This document shows, in pieces, positions 38,601 through 50,755 of a stretch of 64,000 bases of DNA. Within the stretch, counting starts at the first letter, position 1; every line of letters begins with the position of its first letter. Source of the stretch: Marsupella aquatica (Eukaryota > Plantae > Marchantiophyta); assembly GCA_973895155.1 (NCBI GenBank), contig OZ316892.1, positions 30,869,802 to 30,933,801 of the forward strand. The letters are read 5' to 3'. The position numbers and the translations under genes are program-made. The notes beneath the pieces are model-generated. The model searched no databases, was not told the origin of the DNA, and saw only the letters and a list, made by a program, of their open reading frames with translations.

Positions 38601-39475
38601 ATTAGCGGCAGTAGGAAGAATTAGGGCCGGTCAGTTAGGATCAGCCAACGTAGGATGGAGTCCATCAACGGACTAGAGTTTGTCAGTAGGCTTGGCCGCT
38701 GCCATTCCGGTTGGCACACTCGTAGTCGACGGTCAACCGGTCAGTGCAGCGCGACCAGTAGTCAGCAGATAGTTAGTCAGTAGGTAGTACCCCGGAAGGT
38801 AGTATCCTCCGGTTCTCTTCCGCTATGGTAGTATTTAGGCTTCCCCTTCCGCGATGGGAAGGGGGGAGAAGGCTTAGTTATCTCGGTAGAAGAAAGGCGA
38901 GGCACGGGGAGTCCCGGCCTGAGTAGGGTCAGAGCGCACCAAGGAGTGAGAGCCAGAGTCGAGCTTGCTGGGCAAGTGCGAGGCAGGGCCTCGTAGAGAC
39001 TGGGCATCGACTGCCGTTGGGCCTGCTGACCCCCTTTGAAGTCGAGTCAACCATGTAAACTGATGCTTCGCTGAGTAAATGTAGTCTTTTCCCCCTAATG
39101 TTTTTGAGAGTAACTGGTGTTGTGTGTATGCTTTGTCTGGGCAAAGGCGCCATTTTAAGGGACGTACCGGGTGCGGACTAATGGTAGGGATTGCCACTCA
39201 TTGCATGTCACAAGGTCCTGTCACGTCGATGGCTTGGAAAGCCCCAAGTCGGGAGTTAGTCCGCGTCACTAACTGAGGGAATATTCCAGCGGTGGAAAAT
39301 AAATATACCTATGTCAAGTACGAATTATGCGAGTGTTATACCAGTAAGTATATCGGCTTAGCCCGACTTAGGGCTATTGAAGGTCACTACACACCTCCTT
39401 GCCCGAACCCTCACCCCTACTGGTGGTCGAGGTCGCACCCAACCCGGATTTAAGGCCCAGGTTAGGGGTGCGACA
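35644..39475 (+). mobile_element. Family-C solo LTR (3832 bp) with LTR gene, inserted in the family-B protease
   Basis: TSD AGCGG at 35639-35643 and 39476-39480; near-identical to 20741-24580; removing it restores VNIMTEETA|FNLGLTT. Confidence 0.96.
36051..38498 (+). pseudogene. Family-C LTR gene in the solo LTR (three in-frame stops)
   Basis: Single frame 36051-38498 with stops at ~37161, ~37344 and ~37836. Confidence 0.88.
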
Positions 39476-39480
39476 AGCGG

Positions 39481-42295
39481 TCTCTTCTGTCATAATATTT
39501 ACACTTGATCCACCGTCAACTGGTACGTCTGATAATACACAACTCAAGATTTGAGCTTCTATCTCTGGTGGTCCCTTATCATCCCATTCAATTCGCATAG
39601 CCTCGACTGAAGGTAACTTTCTTTTCCTCCTTTTGCCGGTGAGCAAGGTTCTTAATTGCTTTTTATAGGTAGGGTTGTCTTGCAGTAATTCCCCAACTGT
39701 AATATTTGTCGGTTGATTCTTCACTACTTCTACAATATTGTAACCTTCTGGCTTAGTGGTTATTGGTGTATTAACTGTTTGGTCAGAGTTCTTTCCTTCT
39801 TTAAGATTAGCTTCCTTTTCCACTGCAATGGGTATTTCCTCAGTTAACTCGTGTAACTGAGCCTTAATTTCTTCTGATATGTCTGGTTGAAAATATTTTG
39901 GATCATACCTGTCGTAAGCTGGGTCATCCTCCTTAGGAATACCTTCTTCCGCTGGAATTCTTGACTTGCCCTTCCTCTTGGATGATTTCTTACTCTTGGG
40001 GTCCTCTTCTTTATGCTTCTTCCCTTGATGAGACTTAGACCTTGTGGTAGCATAAGTTTTCAGAATTTGGTCTCTTTCCTGAATTTGTTTATTAGGCATC
40101 CCAATGACATTTTCTTGCACCAAGTGTTCTAAGTCGATATCTACAATGGTTCCTGACAATGGTTGGGTGTAGATATTATGCACTTCTGTTTCTTCCTCTG
40201 TACTTGTTTCAATAGTTACACGTCCACACTGGTCGGTATCTTCTTGACTGTATATCATCCTGACTTCCTCTGGTCGGGGAGCTTCCTTCACAGGTTCCTT
40301 AGCAAATCTCACCATCATCTTAGGCTTAGGTGGGTTCAGACATTCCACAGGGAGGTGACCTTCTTTTCCACAATTTCCGCAAATGGGAGTATATCCCACT
40401 TCTCTCTTTGGATACGGACAGTCTGGTGAGTAATGTCCTAATTGGCCACAATTGTAACAAGTACCTCGTTCTCTTGGTACCCCTCTGGGCGGATATCCTC
40501 CGGGTGGTCCCATTGGTGGTCGTGGTGTTGGCCGGTTAAAAGAAGACGGTCCGGGTGCTTTTGGTTGAGCCCAAGTGGTAGGAGTTGTAGGGGGTGGAAA
40601 ATATTGTCCCGCAAATGGTGCTTGAACTGCATATATATCTCCATAATCCATCATTTCTGCTTCCTCTCCAAAATTTACAGCACGCTGTAAAGTGGGGCAC
40701 TCATGATGATAATGCCCTTGGTTATTACAACGGGTACACCAAACATTATTCCGAATAGTGGGAGGAATTTTCCGAGGTGGTTTAAGCACAGCAGCATTAA
40801 CAGAGAGCTTAGTTAATTTACTAGTTAAGGAATCCATCATTTTATCCAGATTTTTAGCTTTTTGAGGGACTGTACTTTTTTGCATTCTTTTCTTCTTAGC
40901 AGCATCCACCTCCTCAGAACTTGAATCAGAACTGGTACTGCTACTAGAACTCGAGTCACTACTCGTTTCTTCAGTACTGGTGGTGTCACTTCCATCAGTT
41001 TCAGAGCTTGAGGAGGACTTAGACTTTGTTTTATTTTTCTTTTTATTTTTCTTTTTATCTTTCCTTTTATTTTTCTTTAGATCCTTCTTTACTCGTTTCT
41101 TCTTTGAAACCTCTGAGTCTACATATTTTTGGGCGGCTTCTTGTGCCTCCTCAAAAGTGGTACCACCTTCCCTTCTTACGTACCTTGCAATACGGGATGG
41201 TAATCCATTGATAAACCAATCTCGTGTGGTAGATTTTGCCGTGTTAGGATTATACTTATCCACCAGATCAAGTAACTTGTCTGCATATTTCCTCACTGAA
41301 CCATGTTTCTTCATAGTTAGCTGAGAAATCCTTGCAAAGGCCCTTGCTTCAACTCCATCCTCTTTATATTTGTCTAGAAAGGCTGTTTTAGTTTTCCCCC
41401 AATCATTTTTATCTGGAAATCTGTCATACCATTTCTGGGCATTTTTCTTTAATAATCCTCCAAAAATGGTGGCCTTCTCAGCGTCTTGAGTTTGTCCATT
41501 GGAGGTAGCTGTAGCTTCAAATTCCTTTAAAAATGTCTCAGCATCTTCTTTAGATGTCCCTTTGAAGGTGTCATAGTGAATATTATTCCTGGCCATTTGA
41601 ATTCTTCTTATTGGAGGAGGTACTGGGTTAACCCTGGCCGATCCACCAGTCTGTTGGGATCCTGTGCTAAGAATTGGCCCTTGGGATGTCAGAGGTAAAT
41701 GAGAAATTAGTGAAATAGTAGTGCTGGTTGAACTTGCAGCACTGGTATTGCCACTGAAATTTCCTAACCCAATCAGCTTGGAATAAAGTTCGGTTGTGAG
41801 AGGGGGTAGTTCTTCTAATCCGAATGCTTCACCAGAGTTAGTCTGCAAAGGGGTAAGGGAATCATAATCCAAAGTCAGAGAGTTAGTTCGTTGGGTTTCT
41901 CCTTCGATTACACTTCCATGTCGTGAAGTCCTGGAATCATTAATGCCAATGGTTTGAAATGAGGGTGTGCCTTCATATTCACCCAGACTTCTTGATCTAC
42001 TCAATGATTTGACAATATCTGCTCCCTTCTTCTTTGCTTTTACCGGTACATATTGCACATCTCTCGAACGTAATTTATACACCACTGGTCGACTGGTTGC
42101 AGGTTTATTCACGGTTCCTTCTGCTGCACTCTGTTGGATGAGCGTAACTCTTTCCGCTACACTCCCAGGTGATGGAAAATTGGGTGATTGGAAATCTTGG
42201 AGTAATTCTCGAGGCTTAAGCGACTCTTGCGATGATTCTGATGCTGATTTTTCTTCGCGTCGTGACTTCCAATTGCGCTTCCCTTTGTCAGTCAT
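39481..42295 (-). CDS. Family-B gag and protease N-terminal half (open frame, interrupted by the solo LTR)
   Basis: FKGTSKEDAETFLKEFE, WFINGLP, three CCHC knuckles, PVDGGSSVNIM. Confidence 0.92.
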
Positions 42296-42817
42296 TCCTC
42301 ATTCTGAAAGGCATTTTCTTTGGAAGAGAGTTGGCGGGTGTGATTGCTTGAAGGTCCTCCTTCTCAAGAGACAACTTCAATGGTCACATCGTTTTGTCAT
42401 GTCTCTACTCCATGCCCTTCCAGGTTTGCTCGATCCATGGCCAGTATGCCCCTTCGGTTGACACCTCTCTGCATCCGGCGTCCGCAATGGTCGCGTTGTT
42501 TCATAGAGTTGTTGACGGGGTGCGACTCTTCTTTGTGTCCCGTATACTCGTCAACACGTATACCCGTAAGCGCATGAACTCCTATACTCGTAAACTCGTA
42601 GAGTCGACTGTAACTCGTAAAGTAGTAATCGTCACGACGCTTACTCATAACTCGTAAGGGTTAACCCGCAATGCCTTATCCCTTTGTATCTTGGTGATTC
42701 CTTAATAACAAAGTACCCCGTCCACTTCTGATTTCTCAATGTTTGGCTAACCTTACTTTATCTGAGTCCCCTATTTTGTCTTTGCATCAATGTTCTAGCT
42801 AAGTCTTGTATAGAAAT

Positions 42818-45800
42818 TGTTAAATTATGAAATATATATACACCAACAAAAGATGATTGAATTTCTCTTAAGTCAATGTGACTTATTATATGTTGTACAT
42901 TGGGGTAGTTGTAACTACCCTCTCCTAGTCTTGTGTCTCTTTATATCTAGGTATTGCATACCTCTTTGTATCATATGGACTAAGGGTTAAATATATTCTA
43001 ACACTCCCCCTTGGTTACTTTATGTTTCTTAAAGTAGCCATTTTGGAAATAAATTTAAGCCTAGTTCTGAATATAATGGAAAAACTCATTGGGGTATGAC
43101 CTCATTAAAAACCCCCTGCTTTCTTCTGGGGTAAAAAGAGTGTCACTACCTTACATGTAATGAGTTAAAACTAGTAAGAAAGGAGTGTAATCATGTATGG
43201 CTAAATTTAAACGAGTGTTTGATAGGATGTGTCGAAGTGTTCGAGTATGGAGAACATACGTTCAGTAGAATATGCATAGAACAAAGGAAGTATCGTGGGG
43301 AAACATAGTGTTGTCAAGTCGCAATGGAATAAGAAGTTTATGGAAGAGGTGGGGAAGTCAGATTGCAGTGAAGTCCGATAATCTACGGAGTCCTATTCCA
43401 GTCGAATGCGCTTCGTGGAGAATGCGAGGTAAGGGCTTCGTAAAAAGGTCAGCGCGATTATCTTTAGAAGGTATCCATTGAACATTGATTTGGTCCCCGT
43501 GCTGTTCATGTGTGTGGAAAAATTTGGGGGCAATATGTTTGATTCGGTCGCCCTTGATGAAGCCCTTAACTATCTGGTCAACACAAGGCTTGTTATCCTC
43601 GTAGATGATAGTAGGCTTGGTAAGAATTGCATGGCCTGTAGATGACTGGATGTGATTGATAAGTTGTCGAAGCCACAGGCATTCTCGGCTGGCTTCGTAT
43701 AGTGCTATGATTTCCGCATGGTTGGAGGATGTGGTCGTCAAAGTTTGCTTGGTACTTTTCCAGGATATGGCTGTATGTCCTTGTAGAAATACATATCCCG
43801 TCTGGGATTTCGCATCATCAGGGTCCGTAAGGTAACCTGCATCTGCATAACCAATTAATTCGTTAGACACATCTTTAGGGTAATAGAGGCCAGTATCGAT
43901 TGTACCTTGAAGGTAGCGCAGTATCCTCTTAATGCCATTCCAATGTCTAATAGTCGGTTGGGAGCTGTGGCGAGCAAGCAAGTGGACAGCAAAAGAAATG
44001 TCTGGGTGGGTTTGATTCGCCAGGTACATCAAGGCTCCTATAGCAGAGAGGTAAGGTTTCTCTGGGCCCAAGATTGGTTCGTGTTCGGTCCTGCGCTTAT
44101 ACATATCTCTGGATGTGTCTGAAGCCATAGGTGTCGTGACTGGATAGCTTTTGTCCATGTTGAATTGTTTTAATAGTTTTCTGGTATATGTAGATTGATG
44201 AATAAGAATACCGTTGGATAAATGTTCGAATTGAATGCCAATACAAAATAGGGGTTGACCAATATCCTTCATTTCGAATATGCTCTTAAGTGTGGTAATG
44301 GTTTGATCCATAATGAGTTTAGTACCCATGAGGTTAATGTCGTCGACATATATGGCTATGATTATAAATTCAGTGCCATGTCTTTTGATAAAAAGGCAAG
44401 GGGCAATGTCCTCATTCACGAAACCAAGTGCAAGCATCTCTGCACAGAAACGTTTATACCAGATGCGGCCACTCTGCTTTAAACCATAGAGTGACCTAAG
44501 AACCTGTACAGCAAATGCTTTCTCTGGTTTCTTGGTTTTATTGATTCTGTGGTGAACAGGATTTACCTCAGCGAGTAAGTCAGTATAATTCAATGGTGAA
44601 TCCGCTGACTGTTCACCATTAGCAATTTGCTGGGCCTTTTTATTTTGGACCGCTGATGAGTCATGTATTTCAGCAGGTATCATCTGGCCTGAGTGAATGA
44701 GATGGTCCTTAAAGTCCTGTGTAGGGACAATCTTATCAATACCCGACTTTAGGTCCGGGGTTGGGGAGGTTGTATGCTCCCCCTTAATGTGGAAAATTAC
44801 CCTCTGAATTAATTCAGGTGGAGCTTGCATTTGTATGTCAGTATCAAGTATACCGTAAAGGTAAGCAGTTACCACGTCCATAAGATGCATACGAATTTGA
44901 TGTGTGAGGGCAAAAGCAATCAGATATCGGTAGGTAATGGAGTCCATGACCGGTGAATGAGTAAGGTCGTAATCTTTGCCATATATTTGCGTGTAGCCTC
45001 TAGCCACAAGTCTGGCTTTGTAGCGGATTACTTCACCTGCGGCATTATGTTTGCGTATCAATATAATCCTATACCCAGTTAGGTGTTGTGCAGCAGGGAC
45101 GATTCGGAGTTCTCCAAAAACTTGGCGAGATATCAGAGAATCAAGCTCGGAGTTAATAGCAGAGTTCCATTTGGGCCAGTCTGGTCGTTGTTGTGCTTCT
45201 TTAATTGTCCGAGGTTCGGGTAAATCTTTAGTTATATCCTGGGATATAAGAAAAGCAAAATGCTCATCTAGTTCAGTTAAATTTCGATGCCATAAATGTC
45301 CAGTATGCATATAGTGGATGGATATTTCTTCATTGTCATCCTGTATAATTGGTGGTAATTGTAAGGATAAATGTGTTGATACAGGTGTCTTCTGCCGTGG
45401 TCTAGAGTCTTTGGAACCTGAAGGTCTGCCTCGCTTAGCCTTGGGAGCGAGGTCTGTGGCTCGTGTATCTGGTATATGAATTCTCGTAGGAGTATTGGCT
45501 GCATCTATATGTGATTTCGTTAAATTTGTAGCATCATTAAATGCGTCATGTATTTTCTCCATAATTTGATGGAGATTTAGAATGCGTTTCACTTCATCGT
45601 TTGTCAATTGAGTACGAGGATCATTCCAGAATGGATCCTTTGTTGTCCATTCTAATGTGTGTGTTGAGACAGGCTGTTTGGAGAGTTGTGTTGGAGTTAG
45701 AAGTGTTGGGAAGATGTCTTCACAGAATTTACAGTCCTAGTATCAAGCTCGAAACACATCAGCAGTGGTGGGTTCGAGATACCTTATTATCGAGGGAGAG

Positions 45801-48372
45801 TCGTAGCCAACATAGATGCCACGTCGACGCTGTGGTCCCATCTTGGTGTGCTTGGGGCCAAGAATGGGTACTAGAACAAGGTAGCCAAACACTTTCAGGT
45901 GTGTAATATCTGGTATAGAGCCATATGCTAGTTGGTGTGGTGTGTAAATATTAAAAGCCGATGGTCTATATCGCAGTAGTGCAGTGCCATGGAGTATAGC
46001 ATGTCCCCAGGCTGTAAGTGGGAGTTGTGTCTGTAATAGCATAGGTCTTGAGATCATCTGTAAATGTTTTATTAATGCCTCTACAGTACCATTCTAGAAA
46101 TGTACATATGGTACTGAGTATTGGATTGTGATGCCCAGGACTTGACAGAAGTCATCAAATGCTGGTGATGTAAATTCGCCAGCATTATCAATTCGAATTA
46201 TTTTGGTAGGAGAGTCAGGGAATTGAGTGCGAAGACGTATAAGCTGTGTTAGCAGTCTGGCAAAGACAAGGTTTCTTGTGGAAATTAAAGAAACAGAGGA
46301 CCATTTGGTGGAGGAGCATATCATTACTAGGAAAAACCTAAATGGTCCACTCGGTGGATCAATAGGTCCGCAGACGTCCACATTGATCTATGAAAGGAAG
46401 TCAGGGATTTGATAGGTGTTCTTAGTGGAAGCTGGATGAGTGATAAATTTGCCTTGTGCACAGGGGATGCAAGTGTCTAACTTCGTGGATGGGTGTACTC
46501 CTTTTGGTATGCCAATGGTGTTCTTCATAATTTTATGGTACATCCCTGGGCCTGGGTGGCCGAGGCGGATATGCCATAATTCTGTTGGGGATAATTGTTG
46601 TCGTTGGGAATTGTAAGACATGATCTTAGTGGCATAAACGCCGGGGGGATGGAGTGGTAATGTCTCTAGTGTGATGGGGCCATTATCAGTTTCTCGAAAA
46701 ATCTGTAGAGAGTTTATGTGGTTGTCGGGTGCAGAGCGTATATGGAGATTGTTTTGACGGACATCATGGAAACTTAGTAAGTTCCGTGTCGCGAGTGGGG
46801 CATATATGGCAGATGCAATTTTAATGGTTGTGCCTTGAGGGAGGGTAAGTTGGGCAGGTCCATGGCCTTCCTCTAATTGGTTTATACCTGTGATAGTAGT
46901 CACAGGTCTATTTGATGGGTATATGTGCTGGAAATAACATTTGTCTTTTAGGATTGAGTGAGAAGTGCCGCTGTCAAGAATGCAAATATCAGCACCGGCG
47001 AGAGATGTGTCATTTACTTCATGTGATATTATATGAACCTCTGATGGGGGAGGTGTAAGCGTGTATTTGGAGAGATCGTCATCGATCTCCAAGTGATGTG
47101 CGGCTGTTAAGGTGTTGGATGTTGTGAGGGAGGCCTGGTATAGTTTGACTAGGTGAGCTTGAACTCTGCAATTCTTTTGGATATGCCCTGGCCCACCGCA
47201 ACGGAAACACTTGGGCTGATTATTTGTGGGATAACTCTGTGCAGGTTTATTTGGCATTTGATTGGGGTTACGATACCAAGAATTCATGGGGGGCTTGAAG
47301 TTTTTGCCTTTGTCTGTGCAAAATTGTTGTCTCTTGTGGAATTTATTAAAACGACTTGGATTGCCTTTAAATTGGCCACGAGGTCGGTTGTAAGAGGAAT
47401 TACCTCTATTGGTATTCATGAATTGTATTTCCGGTTTAGGAAGCGTGCCTGGTGGTCACTCGCGAGAGTTCTTCAAAAGGAGGAGGTCATTCTTTTCAGC
47501 CAGGAGCATGACTGCAATCAAATCTGAGAATTGGGTGAAATGGCGTTGTCTATAAATCTGCGATAACTGCATGTTTGCTGCTGAGAATGTAGAAAGAGTC
47601 TTTTCGATCTTTGCTGCTTCATCAATTGGTTCGCCGCAGGCTGCTAGCTGAGCAGTGATCCGAAATAAGGCGCTATTGAATTTGGCAATTGTAGGGTAGT
47701 CTAGAACTCGTAAATGAATCCATTCATTTCGTGCAGCTGGTAGGGAAATTAGACGCAGATGGTCAAACCTCAATTTGAGAGCGTCCCATAGGGCTCGGGG
47801 ATTAAACTCTGTAAGGTATTCAAGTTGTAGTTCGGCAGCGAGGTGATGGCGAATGATATATAGTGCCTGAGCCTTTTGTTGTAATGTGCCATTGATATCT
47901 GCTAAGATAATGTCGCCGAGGCCTTTCATGTTGAGAACAATTTCTGTATTCTGTGCCCAAGATAAATAATTGTCGCCATCTATTGCGAGCAATGGGAATT
48001 GGAGCTTCTCCAATGTTGTCATAGTCAATGAAAATTTTGTGGTGTACTTGGTGAAAGAAAAGAAAATGTGTCTCGGGGAATTTCGTTCGATGCTTCGTTC
48101 ACAAGAAAAATAGGAAAAAAAAATTCACAAGAGGCCTATGAGTAGCTCGAGAGTTGTTGGAGGAGCAAAATCATGTGCTGATAACGTGTTAAATTATGAA
48201 ATATATATACACCAACAAAAGATGATTGAATTTCTCTTAAGTCAATGTGACTTATTATATGTTGTACATTGGGGTAGTTGTAACTACCCTCTCCTAGTCT
48301 TGTGTCTCTTTATATCTAGGTATTGCATACCTCTTTGTATCATATGGACTAAGGGTTAAATATATTCTAACA
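42818..48372 (-). mobile_element. Ty1/Copia LTR retrotransposon, Bianca-like, full length
   Basis: Identical 186-bp LTRs at 42818-43003 and 48187-48372; TSD GAAAT at 42813-42817 and 48373-48377; PBS CGTTATCAGCAC on the minus strand next to the 5' LTR; PPT AAGGGGGAG 43004-43012 (-). Confidence 0.97.
43358..48028 (-). pseudogene. Copia element 2 gag-pol with several in-frame stops
   Basis: gag 47456..48028; CCHC CFRCGGPGHIQKNC; ILDSGTSH; integrase DVCGP / IRIDNAGEF; intact 749-aa RT-RH ORF with YVDD. Confidence 0.94.
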
Positions 48373-48377
48373 GAAAT

Positions 48378-48873
48378 CACTACATATTCCTCCCTGGTAA
48401 TTCTTCCATTTAGCCTTAAAATAACCAAATGTAGATTTACTCCTTCCCACCAAGTAATAGATAGCCAATGCATCCCTCTTCTCCCTCTTAGAGATAACAC
48501 CCAAGTTTGTACATACCTATTATGTAAATTTCTCACTCTAAGGGACCCTAATGATCTGATAGGTGGCATTTGGAGTTACTTCATCTATAATTACTTAGTG
48601 TTAAAAATCTATCAAATATTCCTCTATCATCCTTAATTGAACCATTGGTTCATAATTATTCACTGCATTCTCAATGCTGTCAATATGATCAGTCCAAGGG
48701 AATTCAAGTAGGTGTAACTTATTTAATTTATTTTCAATTCCCCCTTCCTCTTCCTTGGTCAAAAATAAATATTCTTGCTTATGCTTCCTTAACAAAAAAT
48801 CAAGGTCAAATTCCTCCGGTATAGGTTGGAGCTTGAATCCTTCCAAACCTTTTCTCTTCAACACCACCAAATT
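48378..48873 (-). pseudogene. Decayed fragment of a fourth LTR-gene homolog (continues at ~42671-42817 across the Copia insertion)
   Basis: LHLLEFPW..ENAVNNYEP, FT**VCTNL and VRLAKH fall in the same order as LPW..EFVGSWEP, NTCTNP and SRLGYH in family A. Confidence 0.5.
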
Positions 48874-50755
48874 CACCAATTACGGATGCAGTAGTACAAA
48901 TGGTAACAATGGAATGGCAGGACGACTCCACCAAATGGATCAATCTCATAGAGGCAGTCGAGCAAACAGGAACGCACGCAGACGACGAGTGCTATCGCGT
49001 TTCTACCCGATCATCCCGCAAGAAGGATAAGTACAAAGAACGAGATCGGAAGGATGCCCAGCAGAAAGAGGCGGTCGCAGATAAGAATAGTCCAATGGAA
49101 CCAGACGAGCTAGAAGACTACCAGCGGGATAACCCGAAGTTATTCTACCCACGAGTAGAGGAACTGGTCAAAAAGCAATTGGAAGCCTACGAAGCCCAAG
49201 AGCACGAGAAAGCCATTAAGAAGGATATTGTCGATGCTAAGGCGGCCGAAGAAGCCAAGGAAGCTGAGACTGCCTTGCAAACTGAAGTCAAGGGAGCAGA
49301 AGCAGTAAAATCTGCGACCCCACCGTCTAACCAATACGACATCAAAAAGGATGTTCAGAACTGTGCAGCCACAGCCACTGTCGGACAACTATTGTAGGAT
49401 AACCCGAAGTATCGGCAACAACTCAAAGAGATGCTGATAGGAAAGAGGAGGCGATGGCTACCTCCGGTAAGCACCTTAGCCGACTGTATGATGATTTACC
49501 AGGACTTAGGAGCGCCGGAAGTCTCTATCGAGATAGCGGGCTGTACTGTTCGGTTTGTACCGATAGACGGCGGGTCCGGTGTAAACATCATGACAGAGGA
49601 CACTTCCGTAAGGTTGGGATATACATCTTATCAACCCACGGCGCGCGCCATTTGGTTAGCAAACGGCGCCAGGATCATGCCACTAGGGACGTTAACCAAG
49701 ATATCCACGTGGATTGGAGGCCTCGAGTTCTTTCTAAATTACCTGGTGATGCGACCAGTCCGACCCTCTTCTTATCCAGTACTGCTGGGCAAACCCTGGT
49801 TATACGGTGCCCGAGTCGTTACCGACTAGGGAAGGAAGGAATTACGATTCGGTAACCCGACTACGACGGTGTCCTGGAAGGAAGAAGACTACCAGGGCGA
49901 AACGCCCCAGGGACCCGAAGAATATGACTCGGAGGAGGACATCTCAGAAGAAGAGGTGAATATGGTGGAGTTAATCTCTCGCCTGGATGAAGAGGAAGTC
50001 TTCGGGGTAAATGCCGTCCGAGAAGCCCATATTCTGAACCAGCCCAGACCAGCGGCCCAAATCGAAGCACCCGGGAAACCAGAAGGAGATGATGCGGCAA
50101 CGGGCGGAGCATTCCCCGGCAGGGTGAGCTCTACGAAGGTAGTTGGCCGGCTGGCCTTACCCGGTATACCCGAGGAAAATGCTACTCAGACCGTCACTCC
50201 TCCCGCAAAGAAAAAGGTTACCTGGAGCCCCGAGATTCTGTCTGTAATAGAGGAACCCAAGGAACTCCCAAAGGAGCAGCCGACAGTCTGGGAACCTGTG
50301 GCCTACGATGGCACCAGACTAGAGGAATTGGAAGCTCACCTTGACCGGGCCACCAAAGACCATGTGGAGGTAATCCGCAAGGAATACTATGGCAGGTACA
50401 CCACCAAGAGGGAGAGAACATTCAACGTCGGTTATGGCCTACGAGCGCCAGAGGAAAAGGCCATCCAAGAACTCCTATCGGAATATGAGGACGTCTTCGC
50501 ATGGAGTCATCGAGACTTAACCGGGATTTCATCGGCCTATGGCGAACACGTCATCGATCTAAACTTGGGTGCTCATGCCGTCCGAGAAAGGCAACGAAGA
50601 CTAAACCCAAGACATTCCGTCTTGGTAAAGGAGGAGTTGGATCAACTGATCATGGCGGACATCATCTATCCCGTCTTATCTAGCGAATGGGTGTCCCCCA
50701 TTGTGGTGGTTCCTAAGAAGGTAGGGCCTGATGGTAAACCTAAAATTCGAATATG
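48874..50755 (+). pseudogene. Duplicated family-C gag end / protease / RT start
   Basis: Matches 26301-28182; extra TGG>TAG at ~49828. Confidence 0.93.

Larger units (their letters stand above)
28183..42670 (-). mobile_element. Ty3/Gypsy family B (non-chromovirus, Athila/OTA-like): gag-pol, PPT, giant 3' LTR; 5' LTR not seen
   Basis: gag 39481-42295, protease split by the solo LTR, RT-RH 33221..34990 (FIDD), integrase 32276..33172 with GPY motif and no chromodomain, PPT GAGGAGAGGG just before TGTAAG at 32246. Confidence 0.93.

Noticed and set aside
20741-39475. 20741-24580 and 35644-39475 as the two LTRs of one element
   Set aside because: The second copy has its own AGCGG TSD on both sides, has no PPT, and interrupts an opposite-strand pol.
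39374-39480. C-terminus of the 973-aa ORF (CRTPNLG...) and N-terminus of 35192..35749 (MTAIRAIL...)
   Set aside because: Chimeric read-through into the inserted solo LTR; the real protease is split at the TSD.
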